Origin: Naegleria gruberi
Lineage: Eukaryota
Strand: one strand, 5' to 3'
DNA length: 64,000 nucleotides
Assembly (NCBI GenBank): GCA_000004985.1
Contig: GG738848.1
Under the pieces are notes generated by a model. It had not been told where the DNA came from. It did not search any database and saw only the letters and a program-made list of their open reading frames with translations. Made by a program: the position numbers and the translations under genes. Positions 19,435-29,591 of this stretch are shown piece by piece. The first letter of the stretch is position 1. Every line of letters begins with the position of its first letter.

Positions 19435-22400
19435 TTATTGAAAGGATCCAAGTTGAATCTTGTTGTGTTTTTGAACCATTGCATAGAACATGGATGAGTG
19501 ATCGTTTAATAATTGTGTTGGACTTGCAAATTCTTTCACAATTCCATCATCAATGACCACAACTTTATCATAATCCAAAATAGTTTCCAATCGGTGGGCA
19601 ACACAAATGACAGTACATTTCTGGGAGAATTCATTTCTCAAGACTTGTTGGATTAGTTTGTCAGTTTCCAAATCGCAGAGAGCTGTGGCTTCGTCCAATA
19701 CGAGAATTTTACAGTTTCGAATAAGTGCTCTGGCAAGACAGAGTAATTGTCTTGTACCTGCTGAGATGTTTTCTCCATTTTCTGATATTTCCATTCCTAA
19801 TCCTGTTGCTCGAGGTTGAATCTCATCACTTTCTTCATTCGAAAGTTGGAATAATTTATCTTTCATTCCAACCTTTTCCAATGCATTCCAAAGCTCCCGA
19901 TCTGTAAATTGTGAATATCCATCAAGATTATCTCTTAATGTTCCTTTAAAGAGTGTTGGCTGTTGAGGAATGATACACAAGGCACTTCTCAAAGTTTCTA
20001 AAGGAACATTTCTAATATCAATTCCATCTACCAAAATGGAAGATTCTGATTCAATTTCTTGCATTCTGAATAGAGATTGGATTAAACTTGATTTTCCACA
20101 ACCTGTCCTTCCACAAACAGCAATTCTTTCCTTTTCCTTAATAGTTAAATTAATTCCTTTAAGAACTAATTTGTTAGTCACTTGATTATTCGACTCTAAA
20201 CTCTTGTACCTCATTAATACATTGTTGAAATTAATGTTTCCCTCACTCGCAAAGCTTTCAACTTTTTCACCTACTCCCTCAGGTTCATATTTTTCACTTT
20301 CCAAATTTGAATATTGGTCAATTCTTTGAATGGAAACTAAACCATTTTCTATCAATACCAATAAATAAGACAAGTAATATAAAACATCAAAGTTTGAAGT
20401 AGCTTGTAGAATAATCATTCCAACAAGTGGACCTCCAGATGCTAAAACACTTGACATGATAATAACCGAAACGGCAAGACCACCCAATATTTCATTTCGA
20501 ATATCAAAGTATTTGTACATGCACTGAATATTATATCTCACGTGTACGTGGTTATCTGCCTTAAATTCGAATAAATCTTTCATTAATTCTTCCTTTCCAA
20601 ATGCACGAATGGTTTGAAGGCCATTAAGAGTTTCGGATATTTGAGAACTGAGTGGAGATGAATAAATTCCAGACAATGTTGACAATTCTCTCAATGTAAC
20701 TCTAAAGTAACTTTGATAATACAAGATTATTGGGAATAAAATAACTAAAATAAATATGGAAAATGGAGAAAGTATTAAAATGGTAACTAGGCCAAAAATC
20801 CAAAACATGAGAACTGGAACAAACTCTCTCAACAATGAATTCAACTCACTATCAATTTGATTAGTATCTCTGGTAAATCTTGCAATAATTCTACCCACTG
20901 GTGTATTATCAAAAAAGGTAATACAAGAATTAACAATACTGTTCATGAGTTTTTCATGAAGTTTCTTTGCAGTATTCAAATAATGGGATAGAGCAAGGAA
21001 ATTACCCATCACATCTACGCATACATAAAGAATAGCACTTCCTAAATAAGTCATTAAATAGAAAATTAAAGTGAAATTTTCATATTTCTCATCAGTTGAC
21101 CATTTGGTAAGGACATATTGATGAACAACATCAAGAATTTTGAATATAATTCCAAGAATGCAAATAACTACAAATATTGGCTTGTTATAACCAACAGCAA
21201 ACTTGAGAAGAGTTTTGTAATTTTCCCAAACTGTTCCCTTCACTCGTTGTTCTTCTTCTATGGATGTGAATTTCTCCAATGATTCGTCATCATTTGGAAG
21301 TAGTTGAAGAGTTGGCTTGATTTCTTCTTGTTCAGTTTCGAATAAATCTTCTTCGACTTCTTCCTTCTTTTTACTAAACTCATCAATCAAATTTCTAAAT
21401 ACATTATTGGAATCTTGATAAAGTTCATGATAAGTTCCATTCTGAATGATTTTTCCATCTTCAAATACAAGAATTCTCTCTGCTTTGTCAATAAAGTGAA
21501 TTTGATTCGTGACCATAATTGTTGTTTTACCAGCTTCCAAAAGTGGAAGTATTCCAAATTTCATAATATGATCTGCAGTGTGAACATCAACTGCTGAGAG
21601 AGGATCATCCAATAGATAAACATCTGCGTTCGAATAGAGACATCTTGCTAAGGAAACTCTCAATTGTTGACCTCCTGACAAGTTGACACCATTTTCACCA
21701 ATCATACTCAAATCTAAAATTTCTTTTGAGATTTGATAAAGATCAGTTTCTAAATTGCATGCGTGTAATACTTTGGAATATCTTTCCGAATTAAATTCTT
21801 CACCAAAAGTTATATTTTCACGAATAGTTTGGTTTCTAATCCAAGAATCTTGTGAACAGTAGGCATATTTGAGTTTAGATTGTTTTTGGAAAGTGGAACA
21901 GCCATCATCTATTAGTCTAGTTTCTCCCAATAATGAAGATAAGAAAGATGACTTTCCAGAACCGACCTTTCCAATAACACAAATAAACTCACTCTTTCTA
22001 ATTGACAAATTCATTCCTTTCAAACAAGAAACAGGTTCAGTAGAATCAACAGGATCCCAAGTAAATGAAGCATCTTTCATTTCTGTAATTATTTCATCAT
22101 TTTCCACTTGGGCAATTTGGTGTGAAACTTCTTCAGCTCTCAGAAACTTGACAATTCTGTTAAATCCAGTTACTGCTCTTGAAACTTGTAATGCAGATGA
22201 AGGAAGTTGAATTGTTTCATATCTTACCAATTCCAAAGCATTAAGGAAGGAGAATGCAAGACTAACACTCAAAGATTGATTGCTGAAATAACAAAAATGG
22301 ACGAAACTGACAAATGAAATGAAAGGAGCAAAAGTATTCCACAAGCATTCCATTCCTGCGTCTGAAATGAACCCCTTCTTAATATTTCTCATCTCAGTTT

Positions 22401-23391
22401 CTCTAATATTCATAATCTTGTCTTTAAATAGTTTCTCCATTGTATAATATTTGACAAATCTCATAGCAGAAACTAATTGTGAAATAATTTCACTTCTTTC
22501 GTCCTGGTTCGACTCTATAATCTTTTCCATTCTCTGCTCCCAAATCATACAAACAATAGAAATTGGAATAATCACAAGTAAAATGGCAGAGAATCCAACA
22601 AGTGCTGAAATTCCTAGAAGAAATATTGAGAAGGAAATGGAAACTGAAATGTAAACAAAAGCTCCAATGATAATTTCAACATGATAGTAAAACCATTCGA
22701 ACTTTTCAGTGTCAGTCGTTGCAATATTCATAACCGTTCCAGTTGAGTATTCTTGCTTGGAGCTAGAGTTTAGTTTAAGTGTCTTGTTGTAAATTGCATT
22801 AGAAAGGGAACTCTTTGTAAACTCTCCAATTTCTTGAGCAATGAATAGGCCGTGATCTGCACAGAATGTTTTCACAACCTTACAAATAAATAGGATTATA
22901 CAAAAACCAACAATATATGAAACTGATTCAATATTCAAGTCATTATTGGAAAGTGTACTTTCACAATATATCAAAATAATGTTCAAAATGAATAATCTTG
23001 CAACTTCTGAACCAATCAATATCAATTTCAATACAAATGCCCAAGCAATCTGTAAAAAGTACAACTTGACAAAAAACCAAGCACATTTCCATGTGGAAAT
23101 TTCAGCTGAATTCTCAAATGTTTCAATAAACTTTTCAAAGGGTTTCGAGCTTGATCTAAATCCCCATGATGGCTGCATCTTGGTCAATTCATTCAATTCT
23201 AAAAATCCTTTAGAAAAAACCTTCTTAATCATTGGCTGTACTGAACTAAACGTGAATGCACTCCATAAATGTCCAATCGAACATCCATTAGAATATGCTG
23301 TTTCGTCATATATCGTTTCCTTCCTTCTAAATGTTGAAGAGCATTGGGACATTTCAAGTTGTTGTTGTGTTTTTTTGATATTTTCATTCAT
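19435..23391 (-). CDS. ABC transporter, ABCC/MRP-type full transporter (TMD-NBD-TMD-NBD)
   Basis: 1318-aa ORF. NBD1: Walker A GKVGSGKSSFLSSLLGE and signature LSGGQQLRVSLARCLY. NBD2: Walker A GRTGCGKSSLIQSLFRM and signature-like ISAGTRQLLCLARAL. Two 6-TM blocks. Confidence 0.9.
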   Translation of the reverse strand: MNENIKKTQQQLEMSQCSSTFRRKETIYDETAYSNGCSIGHLWSAFTFSSVQPMIKKVFSKGFLELNELTKMQPSWGFRSSSKPFEKFIETFENSAEISTWKCAWFFVKLYFLQIAWAFVLKLILIGSEVARLFILNIILIYCESTLSNNDLNIESVSYIVGFCIILFICKVVKTFCADHGLFIAQEIGEFTKSSLSNAIYNKTLKLNSSSKQEYSTGTVMNIATTDTEKFEWFYYHVEIIIGAFVYISVSISFSIFLLGISALVGFSAILLVIIPISIVCMIWEQRMEKIIESNQDERSEIISQLVSAMRFVKYYTMEKLFKDKIMNIRETEMRNIKKGFISDAGMECLWNTFAPFISFVSFVHFCYFSNQSLSVSLAFSFLNALELVRYETIQLPSSALQVSRAVTGFNRIVKFLRAEEVSHQIAQVENDEIITEMKDASFTWDPVDSTEPVSCLKGMNLSIRKSEFICVIGKVGSGKSSFLSSLLGETRLIDDGCSTFQKQSKLKYAYCSQDSWIRNQTIRENITFGEEFNSERYSKVLHACNLETDLYQISKEILDLSMIGENGVNLSGGQQLRVSLARCLYSNADVYLLDDPLSAVDVHTADHIMKFGILPLLEAGKTTIMVTNQIHFIDKAERILVFEDGKIIQNGTYHELYQDSNNVFRNLIDEFSKKKEEVEEDLFETEQEEIKPTLQLLPNDDESLEKFTSIEEEQRVKGTVWENYKTLLKFAVGYNKPIFVVICILGIIFKILDVVHQYVLTKWSTDEKYENFTLIFYLMTYLGSAILYVCVDVMGNFLALSHYLNTAKKLHEKLMNSIVNSCITFFDNTPVGRIIARFTRDTNQIDSELNSLLREFVPVLMFWIFGLVTILILSPFSIFILVILFPIILYYQSYFRVTLRELSTLSGIYSSPLSSQISETLNGLQTIRAFGKEELMKDLFEFKADNHVHVRYNIQCMYKYFDIRNEILGGLAVSVIIMSSVLASGGPLVGMIILQATSNFDVLYYLSYLLVLIENGLVSIQRIDQYSNLESEKYEPEGVGEKVESFASEGNINFNNVLMRYKSLESNNQVTNKLVLKGINLTIKEKERIAVCGRTGCGKSSLIQSLFRMQEIESESSILVDGIDIRNVPLETLRSALCIIPQQPTLFKGTLRDNLDGYSQFTDRELWNALEKVGMKDKLFQLSNEESDEIQPRATGLGMEISENGENISAGTRQLLCLARALIRNCKILVLDEATALCDLETDKLIQQVLRNEFSQKCTVICVAHRLETILDYDKVVVIDDGIVKEFASPTQLLNDHSSMFYAMVQKHNKIQLGSFQ

Positions 23392-24621
23392 TGAAAAACG
23401 TGTTTTTGTGTTTTTTAAAGGATAACCGAAGGTTACCGTTCAAGAGGTTCAAAGGTGAATTTGAAAGTAGTAAGGAAGCATTTCTTGTTGATTTCAAGGG
23501 AATCTCATTGTAAACTAATGAGACTCAGATATTGTGGTTAATTTGAACCTCAATCTTGAAAATGAGAATTTCAAAATTGATTGCCATTGGAATGTTTAAA
23601 TTTGATTGAATATTTAGAAGTGAATTATAATAATTCATGTTGAATGAATACTCCGTGATCCTCAGGAGGTTAAATTTACTAATTCTCAGCAATTGATGAA
23701 GGTGTGATGGGTGCTTCTAATGTTGGACATGATGATGTTTCGAATCGGAATGGTTACATGTTGTTATAATAATAATTCGTAATTCGTTTCTTGAGCAGAA
23801 GACTCCTTGTTGGGTTGTTTTATCCAATCATGATGTTGTTGTAGTGTGGATTTTTTTATTAAAATTTAAAAAGCAATCAAATTTGGCGGTTTTCCAAAGT
23901 AACGGTTTTTTCAAATAAAAAATAAACAAGACACTTTATTAGAGACATGTTCATCGTCTTGTTGTTTGTCTAAAAGCAATACACTTGGATGTACACCGTG
24001 TAGACGTGCGGTTCATACATGATACTAAAAGCTATTGGAGAACATAATATGATTATAATTTAATCAGGCTTTTTGTTAGTCTGGTACCATCATAATATTA
24101 AATTCAGCATCATAGCGGTTTAAGGATTCCTACTCTGCAGCCCTTCAATACAACATCTAACAACTATGACTCAAAATATGTTATATTGTTGATTGATGAA
24201 GAATGGAACGATAGCTACCAGGAAATGTTATTAGAAGGTAGATGAAATTTATATGGCAGATGATGCTCTTGTTGCTTCATCAGGCTTCGACACTTGGCAA
24301 ACAGACTAAGAGTTCGCAATTACCTTTTAATCATACTCAATATCCAGTTTATCACAATATAGGAAGAGCCCACTTTGCAATATCACATGTTTTATTATTA
24401 CAATATCATTTTGATATTGTTGAATATTATATAATTCAATTTAATGGTTTTCCACAAAAGAAGTCATGGTTTCGTTCATTTGAAAGGGTTAGAATGGTTT
24501 ATTACAATATAATACATGGTGGTGTATGCCATTTTGTGGCAATACTGAATTCGCGCTAAATGTGTTCAGTTAGAGAGAAATGGTTTCGTCAGAAGTATTG
24601 AGAGAAGAAGAAACGGTTTGT

Positions 24622-24795
24622 TTAGAATACCATTCCAATAACAGCCAAGATAGCAATCAATAACATGGCAGCAAATCCTTGTTCAGCAGCACCAGCATAT
24701 ACTTCAGATTCGTGATATTGAGCATTAATTGGTGAGGCAAAGAAGAACATGATACAAGCCAAGAGCATCATGACGAGGAAAGTTTGAGTGTTCAT
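24622..24795 (-). CDS. Small (57 aa) predicted secreted/membrane peptide: signal peptide plus C-terminal TM
   Basis: Minus-strand reading MNTQTFLVMMLLACIMFFFASPINAQYHESEVYAGAAEQGFAAMLLIAILAVIGMVF*. It is below the ORF-track size cutoff. Codon usage matches neighbouring genes. Confidence 0.3.
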   Translation of the reverse strand: MNTQTFLVMMLLACIMFFFASPINAQYHESEVYAGAAEQGFAAMLLIAILAVIGMVF

Positions 24796-25329
24796 TTTGA
24801 ATAGTTTTGATTAGTTTTGTTTAGTTGTTTTGTTTTGTTATTGTTTCAGAATCTAACGGCACAGTTGTTAATTTATAGGACTTTTCGAATACATACTGAA
24901 ATGGTCAAGTGGTTCCGTAAATGCTTCCATTACGAAATTTGTGTTCATCACTACAATTTAAGAAAACGGCTGCCGATATGAATTTTCTTCAAATGTAGTA
25001 TTCAGATAACAACATCGGCAATAATACAACCATTCTCAAATTCATCCACTTCTCAAAAAGACGAAACTAATCTCTACATGAATTTGAGAGAATCAAATCA
25101 TGCGATATCAAAACGAATATTACACTCACTTTCCTAACATTCTATTTTATTGGCATATTAGAAAAATTCAATATGGAATTGGAAACACAAGTTTACAATT
25201 CTAAACATCTCTTAATATATTGACCTGACTTGAAAAACTTTACAAATCTCTTTACAAAGTCTTTCGGTGTAAGGAGGAATTGTTGTGGCATTTTGATCGA
25301 TATCCGTAAAATTAAATAATAAAATGGTT

Positions 25330-25402
25330 TGCTGACGGACGGGATCGAACCGGCGACCAATGGCTTATTAGACCAACGCTCTACCGACTGAGCTACGCCA
25401 GC
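25330..25402 (-). tRNA. tRNA-Ile (anticodon AAT)
   Basis: Reverse complement: GCTGGCGTAGCTCAGTCGGTAGAGCGTTGGTCTAATAAGCCATTGGTCGCCGGTTCGATCCCGTCCGTCAGCA. 7-bp acceptor stem, GTAGAGC D-arm, anticodon loop CTAATAA, GGTTCGATCC T-loop, one C-U mismatch in the T-stem. Confidence 0.8.
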
Positions 25403-25567
25403 TTACATTCATTACAAATAACCTATAGAATTATGTAATAAAACAAATAACAATTTGTGCGAGATCCAATTTATCCTAGCTGTTAGCAATTCATTATTAA
25501 AATTGTTTTAATACAGCAGATCTCGTCAATCATCACAAGTTGATAGTGTGGTTGTATTGTAATGTAA

Positions 25568-25648
25568 GTTGAGGTGGCCGAGTGGTTAAGGCGCCAGCCT
25601 GCTAAGTTGGTGGAGAAATCCGCGTGGGTTCGAATCCCATCCTCAACG
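25568..25648 (+). tRNA. tRNA-Ser (anticodon GCT), long variable arm
   Basis: GTTGAGGTGGCCGAGTGGTTAAGGCGCCAGCCTGCTAAGTTGGTGGAGAAATCCGCGTGGGTTCGAATCCCATCCTCAACG. Class II tRNA with 3-bp D-stem, anticodon loop CTGCTAA, 13-nt variable arm, GGTTCGAATCC T-loop. Confidence 0.85.
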
Positions 25649-25741
25649 ATTTTGCTTGTTGGGTAAAATAAATTTTTGAACTGCTTTACTTGTTATTTCC
25701 ATTTTGATTTTCTTCTGAAGAAGCATGTACAATATATTTCA

Positions 25742-26947
25742 TTATTTATTGAAAGAAGTATTGTCAAATGCAACTTTTGTGTCTTGAAACAAATCTTGAA
25801 GAAATGAATAATCGACATCATTGTCGACCACCTTTTCCACAACTGGGACTGGATTTGAAACATTGATAAATATCAATTTCTTCAGTTTCTCATAGAATTC
25901 AGAAATAATATCAGCAAGAGGTTGGACAAGAACTTGGAAGACACCTGTCAGAATATTCCAAATAAATTTCCAAGTAAATGAAACTGTGGCTGCACCCACT
26001 TTGGTGGATTCAATTAAATATTTGACAAATGATTGCAAATATCCATTAAAATTATAGTTGAATGAATCCTTTTCCTTAAATAGTGAAATAATTTGAGTAA
26101 TTGTGAAATAGGCCAATCCTGCTACAGCTGTGATAAACAAAGATTTGAGATCTAATTTGATTTTCTTCATGGCCAAAGCAGGAACTAGAACTGAAGTAAT
26201 GGCCAGCAATTTTTCATAGCTGAAAGTTTTTAAAAGGTAAACTTCTGAAACAAGTTCCCAAATCTTTCCTAAAAATTGAGAAATGGTTTCGTCTTGAAAA
26301 TCAAATGGACTTGAAATTGGGACTACCTTATCTCCACTACATAGTAATGCCAATTGTTTGAAATTAATCAAATTCTTTGCCTTTTTGAAAAGAGTTTTCA
26401 TATCTGAACGTTGGTCAACTGTGGCATACGGTTGACAGTTCAGTGTCAAGATAGAAATGTCCTTGTCAGGATACTGTTTCTTCATCTTGTAAGCAACTTC
26501 ACAGGCAACGCTTCCTCCAGCTTTATAGCCAGTTACAATAATGTTGTAATTGGTTGTTTTAACTGAAGGCGCAAACTTTTCATAAATCATATTCGAAACT
26601 TGGCTAATAGTTTCCAAATCCTCCTTCTCTTCATTAAATGACTTGCAAACCAAAACGATCAATTGCTTGCCATCAAATTGAATAAATTGTCCAAGAGAAA
26701 TTCTATTCTCAAAGTTACACGAAACGGTCGAATCTGCAATGAGAGGTTTTACGTCTTGTTGCGAAACAACTTGTGCAAGCCATTTCTTTGTTGGAAAATT
26801 GTCAATGTCAATGACTTGCAATTCTTCGAATGGTTGGCTAGTCACGACAGGAATGAGAGATTCTAATGAATGGACCGATTCTAATGGTGTTAGTGATTCT
26901 ACTGATTCGACTGAGGATGTGAACCATCCTGTTAACCAACTTGACAT
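25742..26947 (-). CDS. Lipase class 3 (alpha/beta-hydrolase) domain paralog with a non-canonical nucleophile elbow
   Basis: 401-aa ORF. ...TTNYNIIVTGYKAGGSVACEVAYKM aligns to the lipase_3 core VVVTGHSLGGALA, with GYKAG in place of GHSLG (Lys at the Ser position; a GGSVA follows). C-terminal amphipathic/hydrophobic region. Confidence 0.55.
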   Translation of the reverse strand: MSSWLTGWFTSSVESVESLTPLESVHSLESLIPVVTSQPFEELQVIDIDNFPTKKWLAQVVSQQDVKPLIADSTVSCNFENRISLGQFIQFDGKQLIVLVCKSFNEEKEDLETISQVSNMIYEKFAPSVKTTNYNIIVTGYKAGGSVACEVAYKMKKQYPDKDISILTLNCQPYATVDQRSDMKTLFKKAKNLINFKQLALLCSGDKVVPISSPFDFQDETISQFLGKIWELVSEVYLLKTFSYEKLLAITSVLVPALAMKKIKLDLKSLFITAVAGLAYFTITQIISLFKEKDSFNYNFNGYLQSFVKYLIESTKVGAATVSFTWKFIWNILTGVFQVLVQPLADIISEFYEKLKKLIFINVSNPVPVVEKVVDNDVDYSFLQDLFQDTKVAFDNTSFNK

Positions 26948-27005
26948 TTTTTTGAAGATTTGAAGCTTGACAGTTGCATTAGAGAATGATTAGTTGTGCT
27001 TCACG

Positions 27006-27085
27006 ATCACGTTTTGATTAATAACCCAAAAAATCTTAAACGTGATAATCATTTTGTTCAAAGTGTCAAATATCAATCACGTTTT
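27006..27085. promoter_or_regulatory. Triplet of AAACGTGAT motifs (mixed orientation, ~35-40 bp spacing) in the 172-bp divergent promoter between the two lipase-3 paralogs
   Basis: atcacgtttt at 27006-27015, aaacgtgat at 27038-27046, atcacgtttt at 27076-27085. Confidence 0.5.
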
Positions 27086-27119
27086 ACATTTTAAATAATT
27101 AATTCGAAAAAAAATAGAA

Positions 27120-28250
27120 ATGACACTCACCAACATTGATATTGAAAATAAAGAGATTTTAAAGTGGCTATGCAAAAGAACAAACTCAATCTATAGCTCA
27201 ACTTTGTTGCCAGAATTGTCAGAACTTCCGTTGAAATCTGGCAGCTTGATATTTCATGATAACAATAATTCAGTATTGGCAGTAGCAGATATATATGATT
27301 CAATAGGATCAGTAGTGGTTACTTGTAAAGGAAGTCAATCAATCTATGACTGGGTGTCAAATTTCACTGAATTTCCAACAACTTCTAATCAAAATTCTAT
27401 TCCTGATTTCATTTACGAGAATGCATTGAAAATTTCACAGAAATTTGATAGAGAATCGCCAAATATTTTCAATAATAAGAAGGTGATTTGTTGTGGGCAT
27501 AGTAGAGGTGCAGGAATTGCTTCTTATTTGGGCTATCATATTGCTTCAAATTCCAAGAACTGTCAAGTGTCTGTTTTGACATTTAGCTCAATTCCATATG
27601 CCAATGATCAATTTAAAACTGCTTTCGACAATGTAATTTACAAAGCTAAGAATATCATTTCAATTCTAGATCCACTTCAAACTTTATGGGTTTCTAGAAA
27701 TATCCCAGGAGAAACTAGAATATTGGAATTCACCTATCCAGGTGCATCAGCAATTGCACTCTTTACCATTCCACTAACAGCATTCGTTAAGGAGATTCAT
27801 TGTCTGTTTGACAAAATTTTCCATTTGCAAGGAATTTCTGAAATATTGGAATGTGCAACATCTTTTGCCTTATTTAAAGGTACAAGTCAATTCTTGTCCT
27901 TTTCTGGACTGGTGACCATGTTTCTTATGGATGTTGGAGTTAATGTATTCCAAGGAAAGTGTCACAAGATGGATTATACACAGCATGTAGTTGGAGGTGG
28001 CGTTGAACCTCTTATTAAGGCAGTTTTTGAGTTGCTGTCTGATGTCAACAACAAGACAACCAACCTGGTGAATTTGATAACTAAGTTTGTGATGGGACCA
28101 TTATTTGGATTGTTGAAGAAACTTTTCGTGAATGTTGTTGATCTGATCGATCAATTATGGAACGCCCTAAAGGAATTTGTGGGACAAGCTGTTAATTTCT
28201 TTAAATCTAGTTTATCTTTGATTTCCTATCATCCAATAGTGCAAAATTAA
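27120..28250 (+). CDS. Lipase class 3 (alpha/beta-hydrolase) domain protein with canonical nucleophile
   Basis: 376-aa ORF. KKVICCGHSRGAGIASYLG matches the GHSxG lipase_3 elbow. C-terminal hydrophobic/amphipathic segment as in the divergent paralog. Confidence 0.6.
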   Translation: MTLTNIDIENKEILKWLCKRTNSIYSSTLLPELSELPLKSGSLIFHDNNNSVLAVADIYDSIGSVVVTCKGSQSIYDWVSNFTEFPTTSNQNSIPDFIYENALKISQKFDRESPNIFNNKKVICCGHSRGAGIASYLGYHIASNSKNCQVSVLTFSSIPYANDQFKTAFDNVIYKAKNIISILDPLQTLWVSRNIPGETRILEFTYPGASAIALFTIPLTAFVKEIHCLFDKIFHLQGISEILECATSFALFKGTSQFLSFSGLVTMFLMDVGVNVFQGKCHKMDYTQHVVGGGVEPLIKAVFELLSDVNNKTTNLVNLITKFVMGPLFGLLKKLFVNVVDLIDQLWNALKEFVGQAVNFFKSSLSLISYHPIVQN

Positions 28251-28276
28251 AATTTGTAGTAATATCCTTATTCTTT

Positions 28277-29521
28277 TTATAATGAAAAATGATAGAATTC
28301 TCTCGTAAAACTCAAAGGACGGCTATTATATAATTTACACAAAGATTTCAATTCAAATTTGTAAAAACCTGTATCAATAATTCCTCCATAGCTATCTCTT
28401 GAATATGCTCCATGATACCTATGAAATTCAGCAATATTTTGCACAATCAATCCATAACCTCCTCCTTGATAAGGGCATTCCAATATTTTTGGTTTAAACT
28501 TGGAATAAATAATATCAAAGGGATGGACTCTTGAACTCTTCATATGAACCCCTCCAGAAGAAGTTGTCATTCCATAGAAGAAACATCCAATTAATACTCG
28601 GTAGATTCCAACATCTTTGCAATCTTGAAAAGTGTTCGAATTATTCTTGCTGTAAATACGACTTTTGAGAAATCCAGGAGTGTAGTATTGGTAAATTTGG
28701 TCAATTGTGGTCAAGTTTCTTGTATAGCAATTTATGTAAGTCACATCCAGCATGAAACATGTCTCAGTTCCGTCGAGTTTTCCCATTAAAAAATAATGTA
28801 CCAAGTTGGTTGTAGAACTTGCTGTGTCAAAAGTTTTGAGTTTGATGTAAACTTGTTTCTTTTCTTGATCCACATCAAGAATGTCAACCAATCTTGAAAG
28901 TATTTCATTTTCTAACATTAAATTGACATTCTTGCAATCTGAAATATTCAAATATTTGACAATCTCCAAAATGGAATCAAATTTCAAATCAAATTCAATG
29001 TGCATAACATTTGTATTCTTCCGTTCAGCACCAATGATTGAATAGAAAGTCTCTTTCTTCATTCGTTCATTCCCCATATTAAAATTGTTCTTGACTTCGT
29101 CTAACGAATTGCAATCATTCTTTTCCAAATCAAAACTCTTTGTATGATCAAAACCACATTTGAATCGAATAATTATCTTTGATCTCTTAATATTTACAAC
29201 ATGATCATGACCATTTGGCATGACTTTTCCCTCCTGTATAGATTGCTCCATCAAACCCTCATGATCATTCGATCCATCACTCACCACTGGAGCATAATTT
29301 CTACTATTCATAAATTGCTCCAAAAGTTGTTGATCTAAATTTTCTCTCTTCTTCCGATCATGAAAAGTAATCCTTGTCTTGACAATAATTCCGAAACTCT
29401 GCAAAATTTCAATCAGGGATGATTTATCAGCATTCTTCTTGTTATTATTATTTGTATTCTTTTCCCTCCTCTTGTGATGATCAGAAGCTGATGAACCTCT
29501 CTTTACATCATGTTGAGACAT
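28277..29521 (-). CDS. Hypothetical protein with basic N-terminus (nuclear-localisation-like), domain not recognised
   Basis: 414-aa ORF. KRREKNTNNNNKKNADK basic N-terminal stretch. Gly-rich C-terminal region (SSGGVH...QGGGYG). Confidence 0.45.
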   Translation of the reverse strand: MSQHDVKRGSSASDHHKRREKNTNNNNKKNADKSSLIEILQSFGIIVKTRITFHDRKKRENLDQQLLEQFMNSRNYAPVVSDGSNDHEGLMEQSIQEGKVMPNGHDHVVNIKRSKIIIRFKCGFDHTKSFDLEKNDCNSLDEVKNNFNMGNERMKKETFYSIIGAERKNTNVMHIEFDLKFDSILEIVKYLNISDCKNVNLMLENEILSRLVDILDVDQEKKQVYIKLKTFDTASSTTNLVHYFLMGKLDGTETCFMLDVTYINCYTRNLTTIDQIYQYYTPGFLKSRIYSKNNSNTFQDCKDVGIYRVLIGCFFYGMTTSSGGVHMKSSRVHPFDIIYSKFKPKILECPYQGGGYGLIVQNIAEFHRYHGAYSRDSYGGIIDTGFYKFELKSLCKLYNSRPLSFTREFYHFSL

Positions 29522-29591
29522 TTTTTATAAATTCCGAGATGAACAAATCTACCATCATCATCATTTAAATTCACTGGGATAATTATTTGGT

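Noticed and set aside
19607-23425. Multiple 60-160-aa ORFs on the plus strand within 19435..23391
   Set aside because: All are embedded antisense in the 1318-aa ABCC transporter gene, whose Walker/signature motifs are unambiguous.
24242-24559. 105-aa ORF in the long intergenic region near the tRNAs
   Set aside because: Alternative-start ORF with atypical composition (His/Tyr/Gln-rich) and internal DNA repeats and a palindrome. No supporting motif. More likely non-coding.
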